64,000 nt of DNA, from positions 1,150,184 through 1,214,183 of the forward strand of contig NW_003314272.1 of the NCBI RefSeq assembly GCF_000143415.4. The letters are read 5' to 3'. Source of the DNA: Selaginella moellendorffii. Lineage: Eukaryota > Plantae > Lycopodiophyta. A program made the position numbers and the translations under genes. This document shows positions 45,852 through 59,029 of this stretch, in pieces (the first letter of the stretch is position 1; each line of letters begins with the position of its first letter). Under the pieces are notes generated by a model. That model was not told the DNA's origin. It was given only the letters and a program-made list of their open reading frames with translations, and made no database searches.

Positions 45852-46842
45852 ATGGCCGCGTTTTACAAGCTTGCAATTCTTGTTCTTCTTGTTTGTCTCG
45901 ACGCCACTGCTGATGCGAGGAAGTGGAGTCCCAAGAAGCCACCGGCGGTTCCCCCAATGGTCTTTGGCGCCATCTTTTGCGACCGATGCATGGACAAGAC
46001 CTTCTCGTTCGCAACCATCGCCATTCCAAGTAAGTATCTAGTGTGTTCTTCCAAGAAGTTGAAGTTTGGATACTTAACGCTCTCGCTTGATCACCAAAGA
46101 CGTGACCGCGATCATCCGGTGCGGTGACTTCCAGGCATCCAACACCACCTCCGAGTTTGGCGTCTTCACCATCGCGCTGCCGCTAGAGGTGGGCACCTCT
46201 CCCGCGAAGCTGGCGTCTTGCTCTGTCAAGGTGGCCAGCGATTTCTCCAGAGTCGAGGGCGATCTCGGCACTTGCAACACTCCCGTCAAGTTCCAGTTCC
46301 AGCCTTGGAGCCCGCCATCGCCACCATCGATGCCCGCATTTCAGTCGTCGCTCAAAATTGCCCGTCCATGGCCCTTCTACAGCGCTGGGCCTTTCTTCTT
46401 CCAGCCGCCGGAACCTCTTCCATCCTGCAACGAGAATCCTTTCCGCCATCCAAAACCAGCAGTAGCCGATGATCAGGGCTCGAGCGCGGCTCCCCCTCCA
46501 CACCCTGCTTTTCCAGGATTTGGAAACTTCCCACCATTCTTTCCTGGAGCAATTCCTCCGGTAGATCACTCCACTGCCAACAAGGCGGCTCCTCCACACC
46601 CGGTTTTCGGATATCCACCATTCGCATTTCCTCCTCCAAGCCCGAAACCAGAACCACACGGCTCTAACAAGGCGGCTCCTCCTCCACACTCGACTCCATT
46701 CCCAGGATTTGCGTGGTTTCCAGGAGCATTCCCTCCACATCCAAGCTCCAGCAAACCCGGGAGCGCTCCGCCAAAGCATGGATCGCCCTCCGCTCAAGCA
46801 CCGCCACCTTTTCACGGAACCAAGAAGCATCATCACCAATAA
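45852..46842 (+). CDS. Ole e 1-domain proline-rich protein (A2)
   Basis: Paralog of A1 with an intact intron and fewer Pro-rich repeats. Confidence 0.8.
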
Positions 46843-47000
46843 AAGCTCTGCATTTAGAACTATGGACATCAAAGAAAAGCAAAGTTTTGGAGTTACCTTG
46901 TGACCGTTCCTCAATTCCAGGCACTGATTCTTTCTTCCTTCCACTTAGCGAATCTACAAATAAATCCTCCTCTTTTTGTCCAAATGTAAAAAAAACGGCG

Positions 47001-48111
47001 ATGCTGCTACTTCTCGCCATGCTGCTCTCGCCACAACTCCTCGCGGTCAGCGCCGGGAGAAACCTCTACACCGCCGAGCTATCGTCTCCCTCTTCCACTT
47101 TCCTGCCCAGGCTCGTCCTTGGCTACGCCATCTGCGACACCTGCTGGGAGATGCAAATCACCGCCAACTCCATCTCTCTTCCCAGTACGTGCCTCTCTAG
47201 CTTTTGCTCGATCTCCTCTTTTCCATCCTTGTGTGATCTGTGCAGACGTTACCGCGGCTGTCGAGTGCTTCGATGCCGGCGGCCGGATCATCTTCAGAGA
47301 GACAAGCAGCACCGACAACACGGGAGCCTTCAGGGTGGAGCTCCCGTTCCAGATCGCCGACTCGGTCAGCATGCTCTCGACATGCACGAGCCGAGTTGTG
47401 AGGGGGCCGCTCAATCACCTCTGCACGTATCCCTTGGCCCACGCTTACAACCCCTTCCTGTCTCCACGCTCGTTGCCAGATGGACGGCAAGTCTATGGAG
47501 TCGGGCCCTTCGTGTTTCGTCCCCGAGCAAAGCTCCCGCATTGCAGTGGCGATCGCAGGCAGCAGCAGCCGCAGCTCGTCAGTAGAGCAGTTTCATTGCA
47601 GCCGCAGACGCAATCGTCAATCTCTTCGCCTTCCTCGTCAGTTTTACAGTCACCTTCCTCGACTGCTACTACTCTTTCCAATCCATCGTCTGCATCGAGC
47701 GCTTCCAACACTGGAAGCGGTGGTCTCCAGGTCAACCTCTCCCTGCAAATCAGCACTTCCTCTTCTCCCAGTTCTTATATCAACTCTTCATCGTCCTGTC
47801 CATCCCCTTCGTCATCTCCATCTCCAGGACTTCCAACCTTCCCATTTCCACTGTTTCCATTCCCGACTATTCCCAGTATTCCTTTCCCGTACGTTCCAAC
47901 CATTCCTTTCCCAAGCGCTCCCAGTCCCACCAGTATTCCTTTTCCGACCATTCCTTTTCCGACCATTCCCCCAATAACCATCACTCCGGTACCAATTCCT
48001 ACCACTCCACAAGCACCAGCTGCTTACCCGGCTCCATCGAAATCGCCATCGCCTCTATCATTTACTCCACCAAGTCCTGCTCCCTATCCTACACCGTCCC
48101 CGGCACGCTAG
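47001..48111 (+). CDS. Ole e 1-domain Ser/Pro-rich secreted protein (B2), intact
   Basis: Signal peptide, VLGYAICDTC, GT-AG intron, AVEC…TDNTGAF…CTSRVV…LC and a PTIPFP-rich tail. Confidence 0.8.
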
Positions 48112-48138
48112 GACACCATCCTGGTTGGAGTTTTTGTA

Positions 48139-48335
48139 CAGAAAAGTAAGATATACGTACACTGTAGGAAGGAACTGTATTTCAGAACCAGAGCGAATGA
48201 TTAAGTACGCCTTTCCTTGATCGATGATCACGAAGCACAGAAAGTAAGAGATACGAACACTGTAGGAATTAACTGTATTTCAGAACCAGAGCGAATGATT
48301 AAGTACCTCTTTCCTTGATCGATGATCACAAAGCC
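48139..48335. repeat. ~100-bp tandem duplication
   Basis: CAGAAAAGTAAGA…ACTGTATTTCAGAACCAGAGCGAATGATTAAGTAC…TTCCTTGATCGATGATCAC occurs twice. Confidence 0.9.
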
Positions 48336-50295
48336 TTGTACTGCTCGATCAACTTCGACGCATGAAGACGTGACGATTGTTTCACAGTGCAACCGAAAAC
48401 AGAAAAAAAATACAAAAAGATACGACTTGATCTACGTAGTTTCGACCAATTAATCTCACCTGATCGGGGTACACTATCTGTCAATGAACGTTTCAACGCG
48501 TGCAATGTATCCTGTGTAAATTGGGAAACACTTACAGTTAATAAAGCGTATTGCTACGAAAAATAACAGACCTTGTTCTTCGCAGTTTTTTATCGCAGCC
48601 GCTCGTCGATAGCTATACAATCAAACCTACAATTAAGATGGCCACCATCACAACAGCGAGTACAATTGTACTTACTTTAGTGAGCAGACGTTTTGGATCT
48701 TGGAAAGCAGAATATAGACGCGATGGTAGACATTGAAACTAGAAAATCAGTTCGTCAGTTGCACAAAATTTCTCACATATTTTCACCTTCTAAAACGCGG
48801 ACCAATCCACTAACGCGCTCTCGTCCCTTCTAGACAAGTTAGACACGGAGCCTGGAGGTTGCAATAGCTTAACTTTGCCAGGACAGTCAGATATTCCCTG
48901 CAAAGAATCCGTAAAAACAATCGCAAGCACTGCCTGGAACTGCAAATGCTGACACGGCAATTCACTTAATAATCGCGATGGCTGCAAGATCTGCGAAAAT
49001 AAAAGCATCTCAGAATAGATGTTTAAAAAAAATTCACGGACCTGTCTTTATGAGTTTACCACTATATATACTATATATAATTTCTCCACAAGTCATTGGA
49101 ACGTAGAACAATCTCCTCTCTTCCTGTAACGGAATGGCAATTTAAATACAAAGTCCTATTGAAGAAATAGCGATACCTCAAAAGATGACGACTCGTGAAG
49201 CAGTGGTGTTTCCCAACTCGTTGGCCTAAAAAGGTGAAATCAAAGCTAGCAAGACGAGGCCAATCTTACCTTCAAAATGAACACGCTGTCTCACTCCCGT
49301 CCCTTCGACTACAAACGCAGAGCACATGGTAAAAGCATATAAACACAATAAGAAGCAGAAACCTGATGCATCGTTGTCAACGTTACTGAACTATGATTTC
49401 TTCTCGGCCGAGTTCGAAGTTCTCGGTCTCTCGAACAGTTATATGTTCTCTCAGAAGCACTGAGCATCCCGGCGGTCGAGGATTTTCTTTCACTTCCTCT
49501 TGGATCCTAAGGTGCTTACTCAGAAATTCCGAAACATCATCCAAAAGAAAGATGAAAAATTTGCTCGCAGTCCAACAATCTTCATCCTAGTTCAAGAGCT
49601 TTCCCCCCGATTCATCCACAACTGCACGAGCTCCAAAAGCCCGTCTCTGCAAAACAGGATAAGCATCTTGTTGAGAAACTTACTCTTACCTGCGGTAGCA
49701 TATTCAATACAGCAGTCACTAGGCTCGACAAAGATTGTTCTGGTTCAAAATACAATCGACCATATCAGATTGCCAGGGACTACAAACCTTAAGCGTTTCA
49801 CCATCTCCAATGCGTACCTGTCAGAATACGTGCGACCATTGTAAGGGTCTGATAATTGAATCGATGTAGTCAGGAAAAACTAGCAATGAAAAAAAAAAAG
49901 TGTGTACCTTTCCACTTCCCGGCCCCGCAACAATCAGAAGTGGCTTATAAATGTTGCTCAGCGCTGCATCCCTTTGGGACACATTGAGCTTCCGGAGACA
50001 TGCTGCAGAACCTCCATCGCGTCAAAGCTATCAATCTCCTCGAAAGCGTCATCATCAAAATCGTCCAAAGAGTCGGGACCAACTCCTGCTTTCCCTCCAC
50101 ACACAGCAGCGTTCACATCCAGATCCGGCCTCACCCCGCACACCTTCTTCCTGTCAGATCACTCACCACACATTGTCGAGCAAAAGCATCAATCGATACC
50201 TCTGGTCCAAGTGCGCGCCGGCGCCGGCGGATTTTCGAGGCAGCCGTTCCTTGGCAGCACGATGGCTGGCCCGCTGCTCCTCGCTGAGCGCGCGT
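48325..50295 (-). pseudogene. SRS2: SRS2 pseudogene
   Basis: Collinear with the intact SRS2, including introns, but with many deletions. Most of the helicase core is missing. Confidence 0.88.
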
Positions 50296-50373
50296 CCGAG
50301 ATGCTCCAACTTTTAAACTTTGTCATTCTGCCCTAAAGTTTCGAGTTTTCGTAGGATTTTGCTTTCTGTGGAG

Positions 50374-51311
50374 ATGGAGAGGCTGGTAGCGCGGTGTAAA
50401 AGCATAAGTGCAGCCGAGAAGAAGCTGTTTGGGCGGAGCAAGCGCAAGAAGAAGGAAGAGCTCCAGAAGCAGCTGGATGACATCCAGAAGATACTTGAGG
50501 TAAGTAAATAGCTTGGATTGGCATGAGAGCTTTGCTTCCTTCTATAGCGAATAGAGGCGCTTATGAAGGCCTCCTGTTCTTCCTCCTCTGTGACGACGGC
50601 TGCGAACCCTCCTCCTCCTGCGAATCCTCCTCCTGTGAAGCCTCCTCATGGCGCTTTGAAGCTGCTGCAGTTTGTGGGCACCTGTAGCGATAAAGGGGTC
50701 GCTCTTTTCATCGGAACTCCACCTTCGACTCCAGCGTTAAGCCCACAGCCAACGTGCATCGTCGTGGGTTACAAGGAGACCATGGTGTGGAAGGAAGGTG
50801 AAGAAGTTACTGTGACGATCAGTGGGCAGACTATGAAAGGTGAGGTTGTTTCCCTGTTTCGCAGGATGCCTTGGGTGGCTGCTGTTGAGCTCTTCAAACC
50901 GGTAAGCTACTGCTTCAATATCCTGACTCATCCTGATTGGGTGTTTTTCTGATTCAGTTGGAACTACCTCCTAAGGTGCCTCTTATGGTTGGTCTGCCTC
51001 GAAATGAAGAGGTGGTTTTTGTGCGGCGGGCTGGGGAAGTTGAACTCCCTGCAATCGTCAAGGAGCACTACTTACCAGATGAAGTGGCTGGCATCGTCCC
51101 TGGTGTCCAAATGGGTGATGTTATCGTTGAATGGGATTCAGATTCAAGGAGCATGCGGGTGAGTGGGATTGTTGTCAAGACGGAGGAAGATGGTGCTGTG
51201 GTGGGGCTGCCCGTGGATGACGCCACGCTATTCTTTATTGAGGCGGACAAGAAGAGCTGGTACCGAACAAAATACCCAGGGCGACTCTTGGCGGTGCCGA
51301 AGTATGGGTAG
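50374..51311 (+). CDS. Orphan three-exon protein (coiled coil, Pro linker, beta-rich domain)
   Basis: Exons 50374-50499, 50548-50901 and 50958-51311 are joined in frame by canonical GT-AG introns. Confidence 0.6.
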
Positions 51312-51390
51312 TTGGAATGGTATGTGGCTGGATAGCTATTGATAGTTAGTGACGATTTTTTGTGTGAGAGTGTTCAGAGTGAACACAGAC

Positions 51391-51693
<303 letters not shown>

Positions 51694-51859
51694 TAAATTT
51701 TAGACTTCTAGATTAATGGAAGCTGCTTTTGCTAGGCTCTGCAAATTCGCGCTACGTCTTCAAAATGATGCATTTGTTTCTTCTTTTCTATCTATTACTT
51801 GTACTCTCTTAAAGTATGTTTTATGTTAGCCGTTTAGGGCACCCAGAGAAAAATATTCT

Positions 51860-53165
51860 CTGGATGCCGCGCCACGTGCCACGAGGATCGATCGGCGGCG
51901 GTGAGAATGGGGAGCCTTGTATCGTCGTCGTCCAAGAGCTAGCAGCAGCAGCAGTCCGGCGGATGTGGCCCGCGGGGGACGTGGAGGAGCAATGTGAGCT
52001 GGAATGCGCATCTTGCTGAGGCTTGGCATGTCTTTGACTGATGTTATTTCCTGGAACTCAATTCTCTCAGCAAATGCCCAAAGCGGGGATCTGGAACATA
52101 CGAAGTTTCTGTTTGATACAATGCCTGTCAAGGGCTTGGTTGCACTAACCACCATGCTAACAGGTTACGGGCGAAGTGGTCGTGTTACAGACTCCAAGAA
52201 AATCTTTGATCAAAGCCCAGATAAAGATCCGATTGCCTGGGACGCCATGATTTCGGCTTATGCGCATAATGGGCATTTTCAAACGCGCTGGATGTGTATG
52301 GTGCGATCAAGGTTGAAGAGGAGAGACCGGGCTCCACGTTGTGTGGACTTCTCGTGGGAGGCTGGGGACTTGCATGGAGCGCAAAAAGTATTTGATTCCT
52401 CTCCCGCCAAGACATCGTGTGCTGGAGCGCCATGGTAACCGCGTATGCCCGGCGTGGGTATTCGGAAGATGCTAAGTGCCTGTTTGACCGGATGCCTGAA
52501 TGGAAAACGGTGGCCTGGTCGGCCTTGATCGCGGCCTACGGCCAACAGTTCCATCTCGAGGCAGCCATGCAGGTGTTCTTCGTGGTTTCCTGCAATGCAC
52601 TCTTGACCGTTTACTCCAAAAGCTGCAGACGCTCTCGACGCAATAGCCTACCGTCGTGTGGGATCCTGGAGCTCGCTGCTCGCAGCTTACGCCGATAACG
52701 GGAGTCTCGAAAACTCAGCAAAGGTATTTGCAATGATCCCCGACCGGGATCCCGTGTCCTGGAGCTCCATGATCACAGCCTATGCTCGGTCTGGGCGCTG
52801 TAACCAAGCCACCAAACCACCCAACTAATGCAGCTCCAGGGCTTCGCGCTGGACAGCATCGCATTCCTGGGCATTCTCAACGCTTGCAAGCAAAGGGGGC
52901 TCTTGCGGGAGGCTTACTCATGGTGGCGGAGCACGACTATGGAGCGGTCATCGACGCCCTTGCCGGATCGGGGCTCTTGGGCTGCGGCGAGGAGGTCGCT
53001 GCCAGCCTGCCGCTGGGATTGGACGCTGCCGGTTGCGCGTCACTGCTGGGAGCTTGCCGGATCCACTGGGACGTGAGCCTTGGAAGGCGGGTTGTGCGAA
53101 GGATGACGTCCAGCAGCCTCGCACTCTACGTAACACTCTCCAATCCATATAGCTCCGCCGCAAAA
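51860..53165 (+). pseudogene. PPR pseudogene
   Basis: Fragments in different frames: VISWNSILSANAQSG, WSAMVTAYARRG, FLGILNAC, LLGACRIH, LYVTLSN. Confidence 0.8.
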
Positions 53166-54049
53166 AAATGGTGGATGTCGTCAAGATTTTACTCGTCCTC
53201 ATCGTGTCGTCGTAGTCCCAGGAATCGTACCGCAATTGCTGGCTTCGCGCCTGCTGCGGGAGGCGATGATTTCAATCTGTCGCTTGGGCCTGGATTGAGC
53301 AAGCGTGGCGAACAAGACGGAAAGTCCAGTACTCCGTAAATGGTCCGACTGCTGTTGCTGTCCTTGCTCCTGTGTATGACTTAAGGTGCGAGTCGGCGCC
53401 CCAGCGGCTATCTGAGGATGCGGGCGTTATGCTCTTGAGTGCAGTTTGGCCTCGTCGACGCGACCTTGCTTCATCAAGAAAATGCCCAGGTTACACATCT
53501 TGTTGTTGTCCGGTTCCATGGACGGAGCTTTCCTGCCAATGATTCACAGCTTGTGATTAATGGATTCGTCGAGCGGGCGATGGGATTGCGACTGCATCTG
53601 CTGCAGTGTAATCGGATTGATGCAGATTCCCATGTGGTTTACTCTTATCGTCCACAAAGGTTGTCAGGCGTATCCACAAAATGCAGGGGAGCAGGCATTA
53701 CCAGCGTTTGACTTGATCTGCCTAAGTGCAGCTCAAGTTCAAGCCAGTAGCGGAAAGCAAATCTGCGACTGCATTCTAAGGATGAATATCTCATCAATCT
53801 GCGAAACAATCATTCCCTGATAGAATATTCTAGCTAAGAAAACTAGTTGGTCCAGGGTGGCGTCTTCTCGCTAGGTCACATCTGGTTGCGGTTGCAGCAA
53901 GTGGGTTATGAGTGGAGATGTCAAGGGTTTATTTTCGGCGAGCAAAGGACTACATTCTCCACAGTGGAGATCGATCTTGTGGCTTTATTATCAGTCCAGA
54001 GTAGGGTAGGAAGTGGAATTGGATGGCATAGAAATAAAGTTTAAAAGGT

Positions 54050-57000
54050 GAATATGGTTGGTTGTTTTTGCAGTTGATGCCATTTTTCTAAAGTCCACTT
54101 AACAGATGGATTTTCATTTTACATTTTATATATCAAATTAATATTTATACACTTATAATCCATAAATATTTTGTATTTATTAATAATTATTGCAGATTAT
54201 CACAGGAGAAAATAGAAAACTTAAATCCTTTAATCTACTCCCTCTAATCAATCAGATTCAGGCCACCTTTCATTTTCTTCCTCGCCAGTCCACAACAAAC
54301 TCCACACTAGTCATATCTAGTCGGATTTGGTGTAATTGAGCACTTTGAATCTTTGGAGCTGTTAGCTTAGGTCACTTGTAAAACTCCATAATATAGACAG
54401 ATTTTTATTCATTTCTTTTTATTTTTAAACTCAAAAAACTTAAGTTAAGTTTTATTCATATAAAAATCATACAATACAACAGCATAATAATCACATAATG
54501 AAAATATTAATTTTGATCAAGCATGATTTGAATCCCTTTGCACAGTGTGCATGCATATTAGTTTTCCCTCCTCTTAAAAGCTTCTTTAGAGTTTGGAGGT
54601 TGCATCTCAGCATAACTCAAAAGTGTGGCCATCATTCTCCTTGTCATGCTCACTCTCATTGTTGTCTTCCATTATTGTAGGTTGCTTTGCCTTGAGAGTG
54701 CAGATTTTACTCATGAAACTCTATGTTTTCTTTAGCAAGCTAGTCGTTGATGTGCTATGTCTCTGCATCTAGAAAGACCTCAAATACTCCTTTTGAGCTG
54801 TTGGATGTCACTTTAGATCTTGTTGAGCTTTGCATCCAAGGGTTGGAAGACAATGGTGTTAATCATAGCTTGCACCCTGTCACGTAGAAAGATGCTCATC
54901 TGTTTGTTGTGGAACTACCATGCAAAGTCTACCAGGATTAGCATCTGTGACTGGAGGCATTAGACTTCATCAACAAACTGGAGGAATGCCGAGTTAGCAG
55001 CTAGTGTGGTAGCTTTGGTTCATGTCATCGCTCTTGCTCTGGCTCTCTATGTCATTCCTGGTTTGGATGCTCCCTACTGTGGTGCTTGTGATGCTGTGGC
55101 ATGGTGTTGTCATTAACTAGCATTTCTATGAGTGAGGTTGCTGGCCCTTCTTTCTTAGTGTGAATTGCTACACCATTGGTTGGGGTAGTTATAGAGTCAA
55201 GATTGATTTCTTGCTTTGTTCTTGACTCTATTTTTGAGTGTATTCCAGTTCTTCTTTAGAGAGGATTCTTTTAATTTGGCTTGTGGTTGATTTCATCTTG
55301 TTCTTTGGAGGTGAGATTATTGTTATCTTGGTCCTTTTTGCTGGTGGAGTCGCTATCAATGGCAAAAGCCCCTTCTCATCCTTTTCTTCTTCTTCCTCTC
55401 CGTCTTCTTTGTTAGATTTGTAGAGTAGATCCTTCCTTCTCTTTGATGCACATTCTCACTTTCTTTTTGCTTGTGGTGTTGTTGGAGGTACTTTCACATT
55501 GAGTGGAAATGCTATATCAAGAGGTGGCACAAATGTAGTGACATAGGAGAGTGCGAGAATTTCACATTTCTGGCCATTGTGGATCATTTTTGTAGCCAAA
55601 TGTATTTCCTTGATGAGCTTTTTATGGAAGTAGCTTGTGATATCCACTTCAATTTTGTGTTATAAGTTATAAAGAGTTGCGATGGCTTTGCTGGTGGAGC
55701 TACTTGACTTGTGCATCTCGAGAGTTGAGATGAGGAACTTGAGCCTTGGCTTGGCCTTGTCAATGACATTGCTCATTTGCTCATTTGAAGTGAGCTTCCA
55801 GAGTTATAATTCTCAATAATCTTGATGCATCTTGGTGGCATTCCTTTTGTGTGTGACATGGATGAAACTTGCTTTGTGCCTAATAGTGGTGAGTCCAAAG
55901 AGCATAAATCTTCTCTTTGCCTACAATCCAACATGGAAGAGGACAAGGGCATCACAAATGGCTATGTGAAGTCGGCCTCTACGAATTCTCTTGCATCATG
56001 GAGAAAGAGTACAAGATCTACATTGCCAAGAAGATGCTTCCAGCTTTTCAAGAAAAAATGGTGTGTGCCCAAGAACACAAATATATCTTCACCACAAGCT
56101 ACATCACATGGGTATTCAATTCAAAGATGAACTCCTTTATGAGAGGGCACATTGCTGTGCTGCATTGCTTCCCTAATGCTTGATCTTGGTGCTGTAGATC
56201 TTGATCTCAATCCTTGGAGGTACAGTTTTGCCCTAGAGTAAGTCTCTATTATAACTTTCTTCAATTTTTTCTATATTGGTTGGAGAATCTTGCTTTGTGT
56301 TGGTCTTTGGCAAGTTTGTTGATGAGTCTTGAGAGATTTGTTGATCTCCAAGTCTCATTTTTTGTCAAAATTTTTGAAGTCATTGTTTTTCTTCATTTTG
56401 AATTCTTGAGCTTGAATTTTGTAAACTTTGAGCGTGTTGAATTCTTGAGGTTGAGTCTTCATAGTCTTTATCTCTTTTCATGCTTATAGCTCTTTTTGAT
56501 GTTTTATTCTTGAACTTTGAAGTTAAAACCTTCACTTCTTTCAAGGTTGTTGTTGATGACATTTGAGTCATATGATTGATATTTTTTGAGTTTATTGAAG
56601 TTGACGGCGTAAAAATGTTCACCATCAAGTGTTAAGATTGTTAGCATTCCCAAAGCTTTGAATTCTTGAATGAGGAATAGTCCTTCCCATCTTGACTTCA
56701 CTTTAGAGCTGATTTTCTTGATATTTCCTCGAAACCAAAGTACTTGATCATTTGTTTTTTTACCAGTGGCAATGAATGAATTGGAATCCTTGACTCCATA
56801 TATAATAAGCAGAATGTGCCCTTGCATTTTTTATTTCTTTGTTCTCCATGGCAGCAAGTTACACAAGCTAAGATAGTGTGAAGAGTTAACTAAGCTCTTT
56901 GTGTCAAAGTATTTTGACTATGCAGCATATGTCTCCTGGTTAACAGGTAATCACACATGTCTAACTTTCAATAAGGTAAAGAATCCAGTTCATTGTCTAG

Positions 57001-58170
57001 CTTTATTGAATCACAATTTATTGAGTGTGGTTTTCATTTGATTCAATTGTCTTATTACAGTTTTCCAACAACATACTATAATTTTATAAGTCACACATAC
57101 AATACAGATAATTATAGTTACTGGGATCATAAGTTCATCACTACTATAGAGAAGAGAAACCATTCCAGGTTTATGTGCTTCCTTAGCCATCATAAGTTTG
57201 TACTTCCTGATATTGTGGCTAGATGTGTCAATTTCCAGTGACAAGGTCAGCATTTCAATGACTGAGCTTATGCTAGATCCACTTAAACCTACAGCGTGAA
57301 GATTACTTTGAAAGAGAGCACTAGAATAACTAAAGTTGATGTTGACGAACTTGATTTCTTCAATTGCCAAATAAATGGATTAACTCTTCTACTTGTTCTA
57401 CCTTTTGTATGCTTGCAAGGAAGAATAGAAAAAAAGTCACTGCATTTCCAGTTGTGGCATGTCCCCAGCGTGAACTTTGAACTTAAAAGAAAAACCGAGT
57501 GAAGAGCCTTTGGTGATATCTGGGAAGACCCTCCGTGACAACATGAACTCACATTCCTTCTCTTGAGCAGCCTTGATTCAGACCAGTTCCATGGTCTCTT
57601 CCTTATACTGGCTGTCTCATGCATCCTTATTGCTACGTACCTTGAAAGCATCTCATAACTTGGAAACATAGGCCTCACAGAGCATTGTCCACGAGGAGCA
57701 TAACTTGGACCATCTAGGAGCTTTTGAGTCAGGGAAAATCTTAAGAATATTCAAGTAAACCAAGCACAAATTATTATAGGTGACAATTCACTTAACAAAA
57801 ATATTTTAGCTTAGAAATTGCATCATTTGCTTCTTGACATTCTTCTGAATAATTTTTAGGAACAACAGATCTTGAAAATCAAGACTGTAGTAAATCAAGG
57901 CATAACTCCCAGAATTTCTTACTATAAGCATAGAGTGATAGATCTCCTTGCTCAAAGATTTTTAGTGAAGCTTTTGTCAACAAGCTTGAGGAGGTTGATA
58001 TTTTTACTCAAATACTTGATTTCAATCACCTCACCCCTGAAATTGGCATAGTACTGGTCTTCATAAAACTCTTGCACACAAAAAGCTGGACTTTATGTGG
58101 TCATCAAACCAGAGAGTCTTTCATTTCCTCTCTAAACTCCTAAACAATATTGCATGAACACTAAGAATAT
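54050..58170 (-). mobile_element. Decayed Ty3/gypsy-like retrotransposon remnant
   Basis: AT-rich. Minus-strand relics run in gypsy order: gag-like QGDLSLYAYSKKFWEL (~57950), protease-like LHAVGLSGSSIS…YKLMMA (~57280), integrase-tail-like KSRWEGLFLIQE…LDGE…VNFNKLKKY (~56650). Boundaries are approximate. Confidence 0.55.
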
Positions 58171-58431
58171 TACGTTAGTTGTCGGAATCTCCTCCTAGAG
58201 CATATGCGCATTCCTCGCGGCATTTACGCGGTGCCCTAAACTTCCGGCGGCCAGGTCACCGAGTTTGGAAGCAAAAGCGGTTCCCTTTTTTGGGAAACCG
58301 CAGTGGGAAGAACGCGGTGCCCTAAATTTCCTACGGCCCAGGCGCGGCCACGTCAGCGAGTCCAGGGTTCTATAAGTACTGCCCTTCTCTCCTCCGTTGA
58401 TCATAGGGAAAAAGAAAAGTAAAGCAAAGCA

Positions 58432-58908
58432 ATGCCAGCGTCTTCAGCGTTTGATTCGTCTCCAATCCGCGATGGTGCTCCGCCCGTCCGGAACTTCAGC
58501 CTCTCCAATCTCCCTGTGGTGCGCCAGATCGTAGATCTCGTCTACGACCCCGACAAGAAGGCCCAGGTCGATCGCGATGGCTACGCGGAGGAGATCGATC
58601 TCGGCGAGAAGCCCGCGATGATGCGGCGGCAGTGGTCCGTGGAGGATTTCGCCACCATCAGCGATGGGCAGCATCTTGGCCGCTGCCCCTACTCGTCCGT
58701 GGTGAAGAATCCGGGCGTGCCCTACGAGTTCCAGATGCCGCTCCACTACCCGCGCTTTAGCAAGCAGCAGTACGCCACCATGCCCGAGTGGCAGATCGAT
58801 CGGCTGCTCGAGGAGTATGGGCTGCCCGCGTCGGCCATGGGCACTCTCGAGGAGAAGCGCGAGTACGCCGTGGGCGCCTTTCTCTGGCGCGATCAGAGCA
58901 GCAACTAG
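58432..58908 (+). CDS. FxMPLHYPR-family protein, copy C
   Basis: CPYSSVVKNPGVPYEFQMPLHYPRF…MPEWQIDRLLEEYGL…KREYAVGAFLW. TATAAG at ~58371. Confidence 0.8.
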   Translation: MPASSAFDSSPIRDGAPPVRNFSLSNLPVVRQIVDLVYDPDKKAQVDRDGYAEEIDLGEKPAMMRRQWSVEDFATISDGQHLGRCPYSSVVKNPGVPYEFQMPLHYPRFSKQQYATMPEWQIDRLLEEYGLPASAMGTLEEKREYAVGAFLWRDQSSN

Positions 58909-59029
58909 AGGGAAAGTATCCCTGATGTGTTCTTTCCTTGCGAGTGGATTCTTTTTGTTTGTTTGAGTGAAAGAAGGTTTCAAAGGTTTAGGTCGATTTT
59001 CGGCCAGTGTAAATTCCTGAGAGATGAAT

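Larger units (their letters stand above)
45278..50295. repeat. Direct segmental duplication, copy 2
   Basis: Begins with a decayed ICME stop region (GATTTTGCTCAAGCT…GTGAGCCCCTTATAG) and ends in the SRS2 first exon. Confidence 0.9.
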
